64,000 nucleotides of DNA, from positions 376,464,001-376,528,000 of the forward strand of contig CM126202.1 in NCBI GenBank assembly GCA_052327205.1, given 5' to 3'. Below the pieces are notes generated by a model, which was given only the letters and a program-made list of their open reading frames with translations, was not told where the DNA came from and searched no databases. Source of the DNA: Somniosus microcephalus. Its lineage: Eukaryota. Shown here one piece after another: positions 27,093 through 38,420 of this stretch. Made by a program: the position numbers and the translations under genes. Position 1 is the first letter of the stretch. Each line of letters starts with the position of its first letter.

Positions 27093-30000
27093 TCAAAGGT
27101 TCAGTCTCTCAGGAGGCCTTCTGATTCGGTTTGGATAACGCCTTTCAGTGGTCTCTGATTCCTGTTGCTGAGGTGACTCCTCTAGTTGGTCTCCCATGCA
27201 TTGGGTGTTATCATCATCAGGTACATTCCCTGCCGAGGTAGATGCTTCAGGTTCATTAACGTCTTCCACAGTTGTCTCTGTCGCAACCATGGGTTCGACC
27301 CTTGCTCTCGATTCTACCAGTTGATCTGCATGACGCCTTATCACATTGTTACCAATATCTACTGTGTACATCAGAGGTCCTTGTCTGGCCCGAATTGTTC
27401 CGGACTGCCATTTTTCGTTTCCATAGCCCCTTGCCAACACTGGTTGTCCTACGTCGAAACTTCGAGTGGTCTTGTTATTAATATGCCGAAACTGTTTGTT
27501 TTCCACTTCCCTCCGCACATTTGGTTTTAACAAGTCCAACCTGGACCGCAACCTCCTGTTGTAAATCATCATGGCAGGACTTTGGTTAGACACTGCATGA
27601 GCGGCGTTTCGATATGCCATTAGGAAATTGTCCACCTTGTGCTGTAGCGGAATCTGATCATCGTTCATGGCCTTTATTGCCTTTTTGAATGTTTGGACAA
27701 ATCTCTCGGCCAACCCGTTTGTCGCCGGATGATATGGGGCAGAGGTATAATGTTTCACCCCATTCTTCTTTAAGAACTTTTGGAATTCTTCCGACATGAA
27801 CTGTGGTCCATTGTCCGAACAGATCTGTTCTGGCAATCCGTTCCTTGCGAATACTGTTCTTAACACCGCAATTGTCTTTTCTGAAGTAGTGGTATTCATC
27901 TTGATCACTTCTGGCCATTTGGAATGTGCGTCCACCGCAATTAGGAACATGGAGTCCATGAATGGACCAGCAAAGTCAATATGTACGCGTTGCCATGGGG
28001 CTGAAGGCCATTCCCATGGGTGTAGTGGTGCGATCGGAGGTGCATTTTGCACTTTTTGGCACCCAGCGCAGCTTTTCGTCAACTCCTCTATCTGTTGGTC
28101 AATACCCGGCCACCATACATAAGCCCTAGCAAGACTTTTCATCTTAACTCCCCCCAGATGACCTTCATGCAGTTCTTTTAGAACTCTTTCCCTTAACTTG
28201 GGAGGAATAATCACTCTTGTCCCGTACATCAAAGTACCATGGCAGACGGACAGCTGGTCTCGCCTTGCCGAGAATGCCCGTAACAGAGGATCACCACATG
28301 TTGGCCATCATTTCACTGTCACCTCGTAGACTCTGGACAGTGTCGGGTCGTTCCTGGTTTCTCTTTCAATACTTGCATTGGTGACTGGTAAACACTTGAT
28401 GATGGTCGAATGAAATAACTCAACAGGGTCAACTTTCGTCGTTTCTTCTCCTTCAGGTAGTGGCAGGCGCGACAGCCCATCAGCATTGCCATGCTGCTTC
28501 GTACCTTTGAATTCTATTTGATATTGATGTGCCCCTAGGAAAAGGGACCATCTCTGGAGACGCTGTGCTGTCATCACTGAAACACCCTTCTTAGGGTTAA
28601 AAATGGATACCAATGGCTGATGGTCTGTCAGAAGTGTGAATTTTTGGCCCTGCAGGTAATGATTAAACTTCTTCACTCCCCATACAAGGCTGAGAGCCTC
28701 CCTATCGATCTGCGCATAGTTGCGCTCAGCAGAGGTCAATGATCTGGATGCAAACGCGACTGGCCTTTCCATGCCATTTGGCAACTTGTGGAGAGTACTG
28801 CCCCAATACCATATGGAGAAGCATCACAAGCCAACCGAATAGGCAGTGTCGGGTTGAAGTGAGCCAACACTTCCTCTGAGGTGATCAATTCTTTGCTTTT
28901 GCGAAATGCCTTCTTACAGTTTTCGCTCCATTCCCATGGTACCCCCTTCTGTAAAAGAGCGTTCAGCGGGTGCAGTACCGTGGATAGATTTGGTAGAAAT
29001 TTATGGTAATAGTTAATCAATCCTAGAAATGACCTCAACTGAGAGACATTATCCGGAGTGGGAGCCTTTACAACTGCCTCTATCTTGTCAGGAGACTTAT
29101 GAAGCCCCTCCCAGTCAATGACATGACCACAGTACAAGATCCACTTCTGGAAGAACTCACATTTCTGCTGATTAACTCTAAGTCCATACTCTTTCAGTCT
29201 GTTGAGCACCAGTTCCAAGTTTGCGAGGTGTTCTTCATCACCATCACCTGTAATCAGAATATCGTCCAGGTAACATTGTGTGCATGGAATTCCCTGTAAT
29301 ACCTGCTCCATGGCCCTCTGTCAAATTGCTGGAGCCGATGCCACTCCAAAAACCAGCCTATTGTACCAGTACAAACCTTGATGCGTGTTGATCGTGAGGT
29401 ATTGGCGTGACTCTTCTTCAACCTCCATCTGCAAGTACGCCTGCGCCATGTCTATCTTGGTGAAGTGTTTCCCGCCAGACAACGAAGCAAAAACATCCTC
29501 AATCCGCGGAAGCGGATACTGCACCGTGTTGTAAGGGTTTCGCAAAATTCCCCTGAAAACAAGAGAAACATTGGTCCACATCGTGGATGAAGATTTATGT
29601 GTTTTTGAATTGCCTCTGGGTCAGATCAATGTTTTGAAGCATGTTCAGAGCCATGAAAGACTGCTGGACTAGACTACAACAGAGTCAAGGAAATTTGGGG
29701 AAGTATTCACACACATTGAGAAGGAACATCTTTTAAGGCTTGTGCTTTGGAGCCCGGTCAAACACAGAGGTTTACAGCTTGTAATGTGTTTGTGTGAAAG
29801 ACCTGTCAATCAAACCAGGGAGGTCAGGAGTTGCCTACCTGACCCGAGGTTGATTATGGCTGGCTATGATTCAACAGCCAATCACAGTCCTTTTTTGTGT
29901 ACTGGTCAGACGGAGCGGCACCAGAATGAAAGACCTGTCAATCAAACCAGGGAGGTCAGGAGTTATCTACTTGACCCGAGGTCGATTATGGCTGGCTATG

Positions 30001-32042
30001 TTTAAACAAGCAATTCAGCAGCCAATCACAGTCCTTTTGTTTGTGTACTGGAACTTTAGGCGGGAATTTTTCCAGACAGAGCGGCAGCAGCAACAAGTAT
30101 AAAAGATAGCTACTGAGAAGCTATCAGGCCTCTTCTCTTTTTACTTCGCTGGATCAGGTGAGCAGAGTGTTTTGACTCCTAAACAAGACAACCTAGCAAG
30201 GACTTTGGGGTGGTGATTTAAGGGAATTGCTAAGATTGTTTAAATAACATTGTAGCCATTGTATCCCTCGCTTTTGCCGTGTGTACCCCCTTGATATATA
30301 CTTTTGTTGCATTTACTATGTTCGTGTGGTATAGTTTATATTTGATTATGGTTCTTTAGTTTAATAAATTTTGACTTTGCTCATATCCAAACAAATTGTC
30401 CGCTTTAACATCATTAATTGTAAGTCCCCCAGTCAGAACTGAAAGGTGGGGTAGCGATTCGGAACCACTGTTAAATTGGTTTACAGTGCAGCAGGCAAAA
30501 GGGCTGCTGGCCAGATATGTTACCATAAACCAGGTAATAGATGCCCCCCCCTACAGTGTGAAGCACCGGATTAACGGTGATTTTGAAATCTCCACAGATG
30601 CGAACCTTCCCTGGTTCTCCTGGCTTGTTGCTCGAAGGATGTTTCATAACGGGAACAATGGGCGTAGCCCACTCACTCCAATCTACCTTAGACAGTACAC
30701 CTGAACGTTCTAGCGCTTCCAGTTCTGCTTCTACAGTAGGTCGTATTGCATAGGGTACCGGTCTGGCTTTAAAAAATTTTGGGTGTGCTTGTTCATCAAT
30801 CTTGATGTTTGCCGTAATTCCTCTCAGTGTTCCCAGTCCCTGCTGGAACACCTCTTTAGCGTCATCCAATATTTTGGACAATCGTTTAGGTTTGACATCT
30901 GTTTCCCCGGAATCTACCGTTAGTGCCTTCAAGGAGTGCCAGTCCATATTCATTTTCCTAATCCACTCCCGTCCCAGTAGTGGTGGACCTCCTTCAGGTA
31001 GCACATATAAGTCCATTACTTGGCTTTCTTCGCCCTTGTGGACCACTTTTACCTCTATCTTTCCGATGGGGTACACACTTTGCCCCGTGTATGTTTTCAA
31101 TATAATCTCCGTATCCCGTAGGGGAATATGTTGGAATAACCTTTTGTAATCTTTCTTATTCATGACCGTCAATGCCGATCCAGTGTCCAATTCCATCTTT
31201 ACTTGGACTCCTGCTATCTGAAGGGTGACCCAAATTGTCTGGAGATCTGCATCCTTACCAACGTTGTGTACTCTTAAGCTACCCAGTTCATTACTGCTAG
31301 CGTCTGAATCTGGCTTCTGTTCGGTCGAACTGTTCTTTGTCACCTTGTGTACCTTTATGTATTTTCCTTGCGGTGACTTTTTGTTGCTGGTCTTCTTTCC
31401 TGACCGGCATACTTTAGCTATGTGGCCAAGCCTGCCACACGTTCTGCACTCTTGGTTTTTAAACCAACACTGGTTCTGATCGTGCGTTGTCTTTCCACAA
31501 CGATAACATTTTACAGTACTCAAACCCAATTTATTTGTACTGAGTTCCGGTGACCTAAGCTGCATTACTGCCGTGCCTCTCGCTGCGGCTTCGTGCGCTG
31601 CTGCCATAGTGACTGCTTTCTCAAGCGTCAGCTCATTCTCCTCGAGCAGTCGCTTTTGTGTATCTTCTTTTAATAGTCTCGTTCCAAACTGACAGTACTT
31701 TGCTAGCTTACGCAATTCCATTAAATATTCAGCATTGCTTTCATCCTTCAGCTGCCTTCTGCTGTAAAATTTAAATCGTTCCGCTAGCATCAGCGGCGTG
31801 GGGTTTAGATGATTTTTCAGGACAGTAACAATCTCCTCGAACGTCTTATCCGCCGGTTCATCTGGTGATAAAAGGTGTTTCAATTGCCCGTATGTCTTCG
31901 CACCCATTAAGTTTAATAATGTTAGTGCTTTCTCTTCATCTGGGATTTTATTTGCTTTACAATAATTTTGTATGCGTTCTACATACATGGCCCAATCTTC
32001 GATGTCGCTATCAAAGGTATTAATGTTCCCATGTTTAGGCAT
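27093..32042 (-). pseudogene. gag-pol of Gypsy B
   Basis: Gag knuckles, LDTGS, YLDD, CDASPYG and integrase DDE ending RRPPERLNL. It carries stops, a frameshift, a 12-aa gag deletion and a solo-LTR insertion in RT. Confidence 0.92.
29530..30555 (+). mobile_element. Solo LTR (1026 bp) inserted in the RT of Gypsy B
   Basis: TGTAAG...CCCTACA termini and TSD GTGT. It has a 132-bp-period internal duplication, CCAAT boxes, TATAAAA near 30098 and AATAAA at 30363. Confidence 0.9.
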
Positions 32043-32757
32043 CGTTGCAATTTAATTTATTTTTATTTTTATCCAAGATGGCGGCTTCCCGCTCTTGTCT
32101 TCATCCTCCGCCTACAAAATGGCGGTTTTCCCGCGCTTGGCGGTCTTCACCCATCCCCCGACGCTGTCTCCGCTTCACCGCGGCTCTCGCGCCTTCAGTT
32201 GCCCCAGACGCTGCGCCTTTTTAGCCCGAATGCGGCCCGGCCCTTATCACCAGCCGCGATCGATGTCCCCGCGCTCCGCCTTTCGGCCCGAATGCGGCCC
32301 GGCCCTTATCTCCGGTCGCGATCGATCTCACCGCCCTTATTCCTCCGTCTTCCCTCCCCGTCTGTACAGCCAACGCGGCCGACTTTCTGGTCGCGTCGCT
32401 GCCCGGCTTACCCACCACCGAGGTAGAATGAAGATAGCTGACAGCCGCTGATGGAGGCTTCGAGTTCAGGATGTCTTCTGCACTCTGGTTTCTCGATGTC
32501 TGCCGCGCGACGTGTCTTCCAGCAGGGTGATGAGGGTGGAAGCCTCTCTTCGACGTCCGTTCTGTGGACGAAGCCATCGTGGATATAAACTGCCGCAGGG
32601 TAAGAATCGGACTCGTCGCCACTGTTTAGTCTGTGTGTTCTAGTTGTAATTACTAACACAGACTACAAGATTAAAGTTCAACAGGTCTTTACTGGTTGGA
32701 GGTCAGGACTATACTAAATACAATATTACTACACAGTGCTTATATACCTGTGGTCAC

Positions 32758-35700
32758 TGTTAAGTCTGTGAATTATTTAGTTAATTAAGACACAGACTAA
32801 TGAGTAACAATAAAAACAGGTCTTTACTGGTTGGAGGTAGGGACTATACTGAATACAAGATTACTGCACAGTGCTTATATACCGGTGTGTTCACCCCCGG
32901 TATTACGTCTACAGCAGCCTGAGAAAGTAGTACATCTCTTAAGGTGGAACAGGCTTAAGCTCTCTTAAGGTGGAACAGGTTACATACACAACACTCCTCC
33001 CTTCTTAGCTTTATAGTCATCCCCCCATTTAACATAACGTAATAACATATATACATATATAACTTCATGTTTAACGTAACATATCACAGATTCAGTCTCT
33101 GCGGAAAACAGCTCACAGATTCAATGTCTGTGGTGTAGTCGGTTCACGTTACTCATTCAATAGTCCTTTCATGGATTTAACAGCTTGAACTTCCGAACTG
33201 ATTTGGCTCCGTTCGGAGGGACCACGTGTGTGATCTGCTAGAGGTGATAATGGTTCAGATGGGTCATCTTCTGTTTTTACTTTTCCTTTTCTGCTTCTTG
33301 GAGACTCTCTGGGCTCCATTGTCAGCTGCCACAGCTGCCAGCTGCATGCGCAGTTCCTCCTTCTCTTCCTCCTGTTTCCGTCGTAGAGCCAGCTTCTCCC
33401 GATGTTCCGTAGACTTTTGGTGCTCCTCCATGATTTCTGCACTTTGGGAGTCGAAGTTACAAGCTGGGCAGGACAGGACATCGTAATATTCGGTGTCGTC
33501 CACCAGGTCATGGTAATATTCGGTGTCGTCCTGAGCTAGACCAGTGAGAGGGTCGTCTATTTCCTCCATACCCAGCTGGACGTTAGCCAGCTCTTGTTCC
33601 AAATCCAGACATCTTTCCTGAAGAGACTTCTTCATGTGTACCTCTGCATCCAGCTTTTTCTGGGCTTTCAGCAAGTCGTTTACTAGTGACCTCATTTGTG
33701 ATTTTAATACTTCAACTTCCTTTGGAGATTGATTGATCGGACTATGCAATCCCTCTACCGGAGCAGCCGTTTCAGCGGTCTGTTGTTCTACATTGACGTG
33801 AGTCAGCGTACTTTTGGCATCCAATGGCTGCTCTGTTGCAGTCGTTTCAGTCTGTGTCGTCACATCAGCCATCTCAATGACTTTTGAGAGCTCCAAACCC
33901 TTTTCCTTTGAAGATCGCAGCTCGTGTTCAAGTTTTTCCCATTTCAGAGTCTTGTCCCTCAGCATATGAAGGAGTTGGCTGACCGTTAACTCTTCTGACA
34001 CCAGATTATGGCACGTACCTTCAGAACCTGAATCAGCTTTGATTCGTTCGGCCTCCTCGCGCAGATGGTTGGTGTGCCCCTGCTCCATTTTCTCCATCAG
34101 TTGCTTCTGTTGCCTTTCCAGATTCTCCCACTCTGTAACAAAGAACTTTTTTATTTCATTCATCTCTTGCTCAAAACGGCGAATCATTTGTTCTAATTGC
34201 TGTTGTAGTTTGAAATGGAGTTGAGTTCGAGCCCAGTGTCCCTCAAAAATGTGCATATCAGTAGACTTGACAGACTCGGAATTCTCTGTTAAACTATGTT
34301 GTTGTTGCTCAGTGGAATTCTGTGCTGAAACTTTGTCTTTTGCACATGGGTTGGTCTTACCATCATCAGTTCTAGAGTCTGGGCTGATTATCTGCACCGA
34401 GTTCTCACTCTTTATGGCTTTTAGCGAATGCCAGTCCATATTTATGTTTCTAAACCACTCCCGGCCTAGTAGTGGTGGACCTCCCTCCGGTAGCACATAT
34501 AAGTCCATTATTTGACTTCCTTCGCCCTTGTTGGCCACTGCAACCTTTATTGTCCCGATGGGGTACACTCTCTGCCCCGTGTAGGTTGTCAATATAATCT
34601 CCGTATCCTGTAGGGGAATATGTTGGAATAACCTTCTGTAATCTTTCTTATTCATGACCGACAATGCCGATCCAGTGTCCAATTCCATTTTTACTTGGAC
34701 TCCTTCTATCTGAAGAGTAACCCAAATTGTCTGGAGGTCTGCACCCTTACCAACGTTGAGTACCCTTAAGCTAGCCAGTTCAATACTGCTTAAGCCAGCC
34801 AGTTCATTACTGCTAGCATCTGAATCAGACTCCTGTTCGGCCACCTTGTGTACCTTTGCGTATTTCCCTTGCGGTGACTTCTTGTTGCTGGTCTTCTTCC
34901 CTGACCTGCATACTCTAGCTATATGTCCAAGCCTACCACATGTTCTGCATTCTTGGTTTTTAAACCAACACTGGTTCTGATCATGCGTTGTCTTTCCACA
35001 ACGATAACATTTAACAGAACTCACACCCAATTTGTGTGCACTGAGCTCCGGTGACCGTAGCTGCATTACTGCCGTGCCTCTCGCTGCGGCTTCGTGTGCT
35101 GCTGCCATAGTGACCGCCTTCTCAAGCGTCAGCTCATTCTCCTCGAGCAGTCGCTTTTGTGTATCTTGTTTAAATAAACCACACACAAATTTGTCTCGTA
35201 GTGCATCTGTCAGTCCCGTTCCAAACTGACAATATTTCGCTAATTTACGCAATTCCAGCAAATATTCAGCATTGCTTTCATTCTGTAGTTGCCTTCTGTC
35301 ATAAAATTTAAATCGTTCCGCTAGCATCAGCGGCGTGGGGTTTAGATGATCTTTCAGGACAGTAACAATCTCATCGAACGTCTTATCCGCCGGTTCATCT
35401 GGTGATAACAGGTGTTTCAATTGCCCGTATGTCTTCGCACCCATTAAATTTAATAATGTTAGTGCTTTATCTTGCTCACGAATTTTATTGGCCTTACAAT
35501 AATTTTTTACTCGTTCTACATATATGGCCCAATCCTCGATGTCACTATCAAAGGTGCCAATATTCCCGTGTTTAGGCATTGTTACAATTTTGTTGGAATT
35601 TTATGTTACACAAGATGGCGGCTTCCCGCTCTTTGTCGTCGTCCTCCGCTCCCAAGATGGCGGTTTTCCCGCGTTTGGCGGTCTTCACCCGTCCCCCGAC

Positions 35701-36305
35701 GCTGTCTGTAAGCCCGAGTGCGGCCCTTATCTTTTATGCGATCGCTGATCGCGAAGCGGCTCCCGACCGAAGCGGCTCTTGGCCCTTATCTGGAGTGCGA
35801 TCGCTGGCTTGAAACGCCACCCGCTCGAAGCGGCTCTCGCGCCCTTATCGCAGATGCGATCGATTTGAAAGCGGCCCGGCCCTTATCTGCCGATCGCTAT
35901 CGCCCTGTACCTCTGTCTTCCCCAGCCCTGTCTTCTACTCCGGTTCACAAGCTGATGGAGGCTTCAGGGTCCTAATGCCTGTCGCTTCCAGTGGGGTGGT
36001 GAGGTTTGAAACCTCTCTTCAACCGCCGTGGAATAACTGCCGCAGGGTAAGAACCTGACTCGTCGCCAGTGTTAAGTCTGTGAATTATTTAGTTAATTAA
36101 GACACAGACTAATGAGTAACAATAAAAACAGGTCTTTACTGGTTGGAGGTAGGGACTATACTGAATACAAGATTACTGCACAGTGCTTATATACCGGTGT
36201 GTTCACCCCCGGTATTACGTCTACAGCAGCCTGAGAAAGTAGTACATCTCTTAAGGTGGAACAGGCTTAAGCTCTCTTAAGGTGGAACAGGTTACATACA
36301 CAACA
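32758..36305 (-). mobile_element. Non-autonomous Gypsy-derived element C carrying a chimeric ORF
   Basis: Identical 236-bp LTRs (32758-32993, 36070-36305), TSD GTCAC, PBS TGGCGACGAG (36059-36068), PPT at 32994-33006. No RT, RNaseH or integrase core. Confidence 0.95.
33264..35579 (-). CDS. 771-aa Gag-protease fused to STK10/SLK-like, optineurin-like and DNAJC21-like segments
   Basis: Uninterrupted ORF. Residues 1-388 are collinear with Gypsy B Gag-PR. Residues 446-515 resemble the STK10/SLK PKK coiled coil, 529-673 the OPTN coiled coil, and 694-771 the DNAJC21 zinc finger plus its basic patch. Recognised from memory. Confidence 0.85.
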   Translation of the reverse strand: MPKHGNIGTFDSDIEDWAIYVERVKNYCKANKIREQDKALTLLNLMGAKTYGQLKHLLSPDEPADKTFDEIVTVLKDHLNPTPLMLAERFKFYDRRQLQNESNAEYLLELRKLAKYCQFGTGLTDALRDKFVCGLFKQDTQKRLLEENELTLEKAVTMAAAHEAAARGTAVMQLRSPELSAHKLGVSSVKCYRCGKTTHDQNQCWFKNQECRTCGRLGHIARVCRSGKKTSNKKSPQGKYAKVHKVAEQESDSDASSNELAGLSSIELASLRVLNVGKGADLQTIWVTLQIEGVQVKMELDTGSALSVMNKKDYRRLFQHIPLQDTEIILTTYTGQRVYPIGTIKVAVANKGEGSQIMDLYVLPEGGPPLLGREWFRNINMDWHSLKAIKSENSVQIISPDSRTDDGKTNPCAKDKVSAQNSTEQQQHSLTENSESVKSTDMHIFEGHWARTQLHFKLQQQLEQMIRRFEQEMNEIKKFFVTEWENLERQQKQLMEKMEQGHTNHLREEAERIKADSGSEGTCHNLVSEELTVSQLLHMLRDKTLKWEKLEHELRSSKEKGLELSKVIEMADVTTQTETTATEQPLDAKSTLTHVNVEQQTAETAAPVEGLHSPINQSPKEVEVLKSQMRSLVNDLLKAQKKLDAEVHMKKSLQERCLDLEQELANVQLGMEEIDDPLTGLAQDDTEYYHDLVDDTEYYDVLSCPACNFDSQSAEIMEEHQKSTEHREKLALRRKQEEEKEELRMQLAAVAADNGAQRVSKKQKRKSKNRR

Positions 36306-38420
36306 GTCACCACCGGTATTACATATACAGCAGCCAGAGAAAGTAGTACATCTCTTAAGGTGGAACAGGCTTAAGTTCTCTTAAGGTGGAACAGGTTACA
36401 TACACCACAGTTTGTAGATGAGACAAAACTTGGCAAAGTAGTAGATAGTGATGAGGATCGTTATAGGCTTTAGGATAACAGACAGGATGGTGAAATGGGC
36501 AGAAGTATGGCAGATGGAGTTCAATGCAGAGAAGTGTGAAGTGATGCACTTTGGGAGGACTAATATGGAAAGACAGTAAGACAGTATACTATAAATGGCA
36601 CAATTTTGAAAAGTGTAGATGAGCAGAGAGACCTTGGTGTCCTGATACACAAATCCGTAAAGGTGGCAGGGCAAGTTGATAAGGTGGTTAAAAAAGCATA
36701 TGGGTTACTTGGCTTTATAAATAGAGGAATAGAACTTTATAGATCACTGGTTAGGCCTCGGCTGGAGTATTGTGAAAACTCTGTGCACAACAGTCAGGAA
36801 AGATGTAAAGGCCTTAGAAAGGGTACAGAGCAGATTTATCAGGATGTTACCAGGGATGAGGGACTTCAGTTATGAAGAGAGGTTGAAAAAGTTAGGACTC
36901 TTCTCCTTGGAACAGAAAAGGTTAAGAGGTGACCTCATAGATGTTACCAAGATGATGAGAGGTTTTATAGAGTAAATAGAGAAAAGCTATTCCCTCTGGC
37001 GAGTGGTCCAATAACCAGAATTCATAGATTCAAAATCATTGGCAAAAGATCTAGAGGGGAGATGAGGAGAATTTTTTTCACTCCCAGTTGTCGGGATCTG
37101 GAACACTCTACCTGAAATGGTGGTGGAAGCTGATTCCATAAATAATTTTAAAAGGGAGCTGGACAGGTACTTGAGGATGAGGAACTTCCAGGGTTATGGA
37201 CAAAAAGCGGGAATAAGCACAACTGCTCTTTCAAAGAGCCAGCACAGGCACGATGGGTCGAATGGCCTCCTTCTGTGCTGTAAGTTTCTATGATTCTATA
37301 TGGACTGTTCAAATCAGCGAGAGTTGGTCTGGTACATTGGAAAAGATTAGTTCGACCAGTTAACTTCTGTAGTTGTTAAGGTCATAAGAAAAAAACAACT
37401 ATGTATACAGGAAAGTTATTTACAAAATTATAGTTTAGCATAAAGCAAATTTGTTTGGCTTTTACAAGGTCTGTTGTTAGTGTTGTTCTACCACGTTTCA
37501 AGGTTAGAACCCTGTGGAGGTACAGGCTAGATCCAATAGCTAAAGGCAAGTTTTCTGCTTGTTATTCTGGGCATGCTAGCAAAACTTACCTGGAAACCAC
37601 AGCAAATGAAATAGTCTCAAAGTTGTAGGGGAGTAAGACTCATTATAAGAGCAGTTTAAAATATGGAAGGCAAAATATCTAGACCAAAAAAGGCAGCGAG
37701 GCACAAAAATATAACAGCTGCTGGCCCAGGGAAACTACAATTTCCTTGGAAATGCAAAGGGTTAAATAACAAACTGCAAATGCACTGAAATAAATTGATG
37801 CAAATAAACAAGACAAATTTATGGTATATAAATAGTAATTCAAGTCTAAAGATTGATTGGGGTTTGTTGCTGTTGAGAGATCAGTAATGAAGCATAATGC
37901 ACATCCTGAGATGTCAACCACGACAGACCAGACATTCAATTTTCAAACGTCCTTAAAGAGAAACAAGGCCTGATTTTGCTCTCTAGCTGCAATCTTGGCC
38001 AAGTTCAGTAGAAGTGCACTCTGCTGGGACCAAGGCCACACCAACCGAACTTCCTCTTGGCCTGAATTAAAGTAATGCAGCTGCATGTGGGGATGCTCTA
38101 TTGGGTACAGGCAAGAAAGGAAGACAAATTGAGGCTGCTTTTTGTTAATTCAAAATGGGATGCAGTCGCGTATCTTGAAGGAGAGGGACGATTTTCCCCC
38201 TCTGGTAGGGAAACAGTGGTGAGATGCTCAGGAGAGATGCAGGCACATTTCCCCAGCAGTTGTCAAGGGAGCTTGTGGTATTTTTCCCTCGTATGTTCCA
38301 AATAAGCCGTATCACAAAAGGGGATGGGAAAAGTTGGAACAATACTGAACACTGCCTCTATTGCGAAGTGTAAGAGGCAGAGAGCATTCAGCATCAAGTC
38401 CTGAAGCAGCAAAACTATAT

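Larger units (their letters stand above)
26778..36409 (-). mobile_element. Gypsy LTR retrotransposon B (Mag-like), decayed, hosting two nested insertions
   Basis: 3' LTR at 26778-27011. The 5' LTR is split into 32623-32757 and 36311-36409. About 5 differences in 234 bp. TSD GTTTG. PBS TGGCGACGAG at 32612-32621. PPT at 27012-27024. Confidence 0.95.
20831..37300 (+). mobile_element. CR1 LINE (pieces 20831-21425, 25825-26777, 36410-37300) interrupted by nested insertions
   Basis: The reading frame rejoins across the inserts (FYKHI|KCKR; IKF|VDET). Motifs SPGPDGMHPRLLKE, KSCLTNLIEFF, YLDFQKAF, RRLRGDL-like. 3' tail TTCTATGATTCTAT. Confidence 0.9.

Noticed and set aside
31968-32659. 118-152-aa ORFs in the Gypsy B leader (and 35472-35975 in element C)
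   Set aside because: Low-complexity translations of a GC-rich repetitive leader. The frames are not conserved between B and C.
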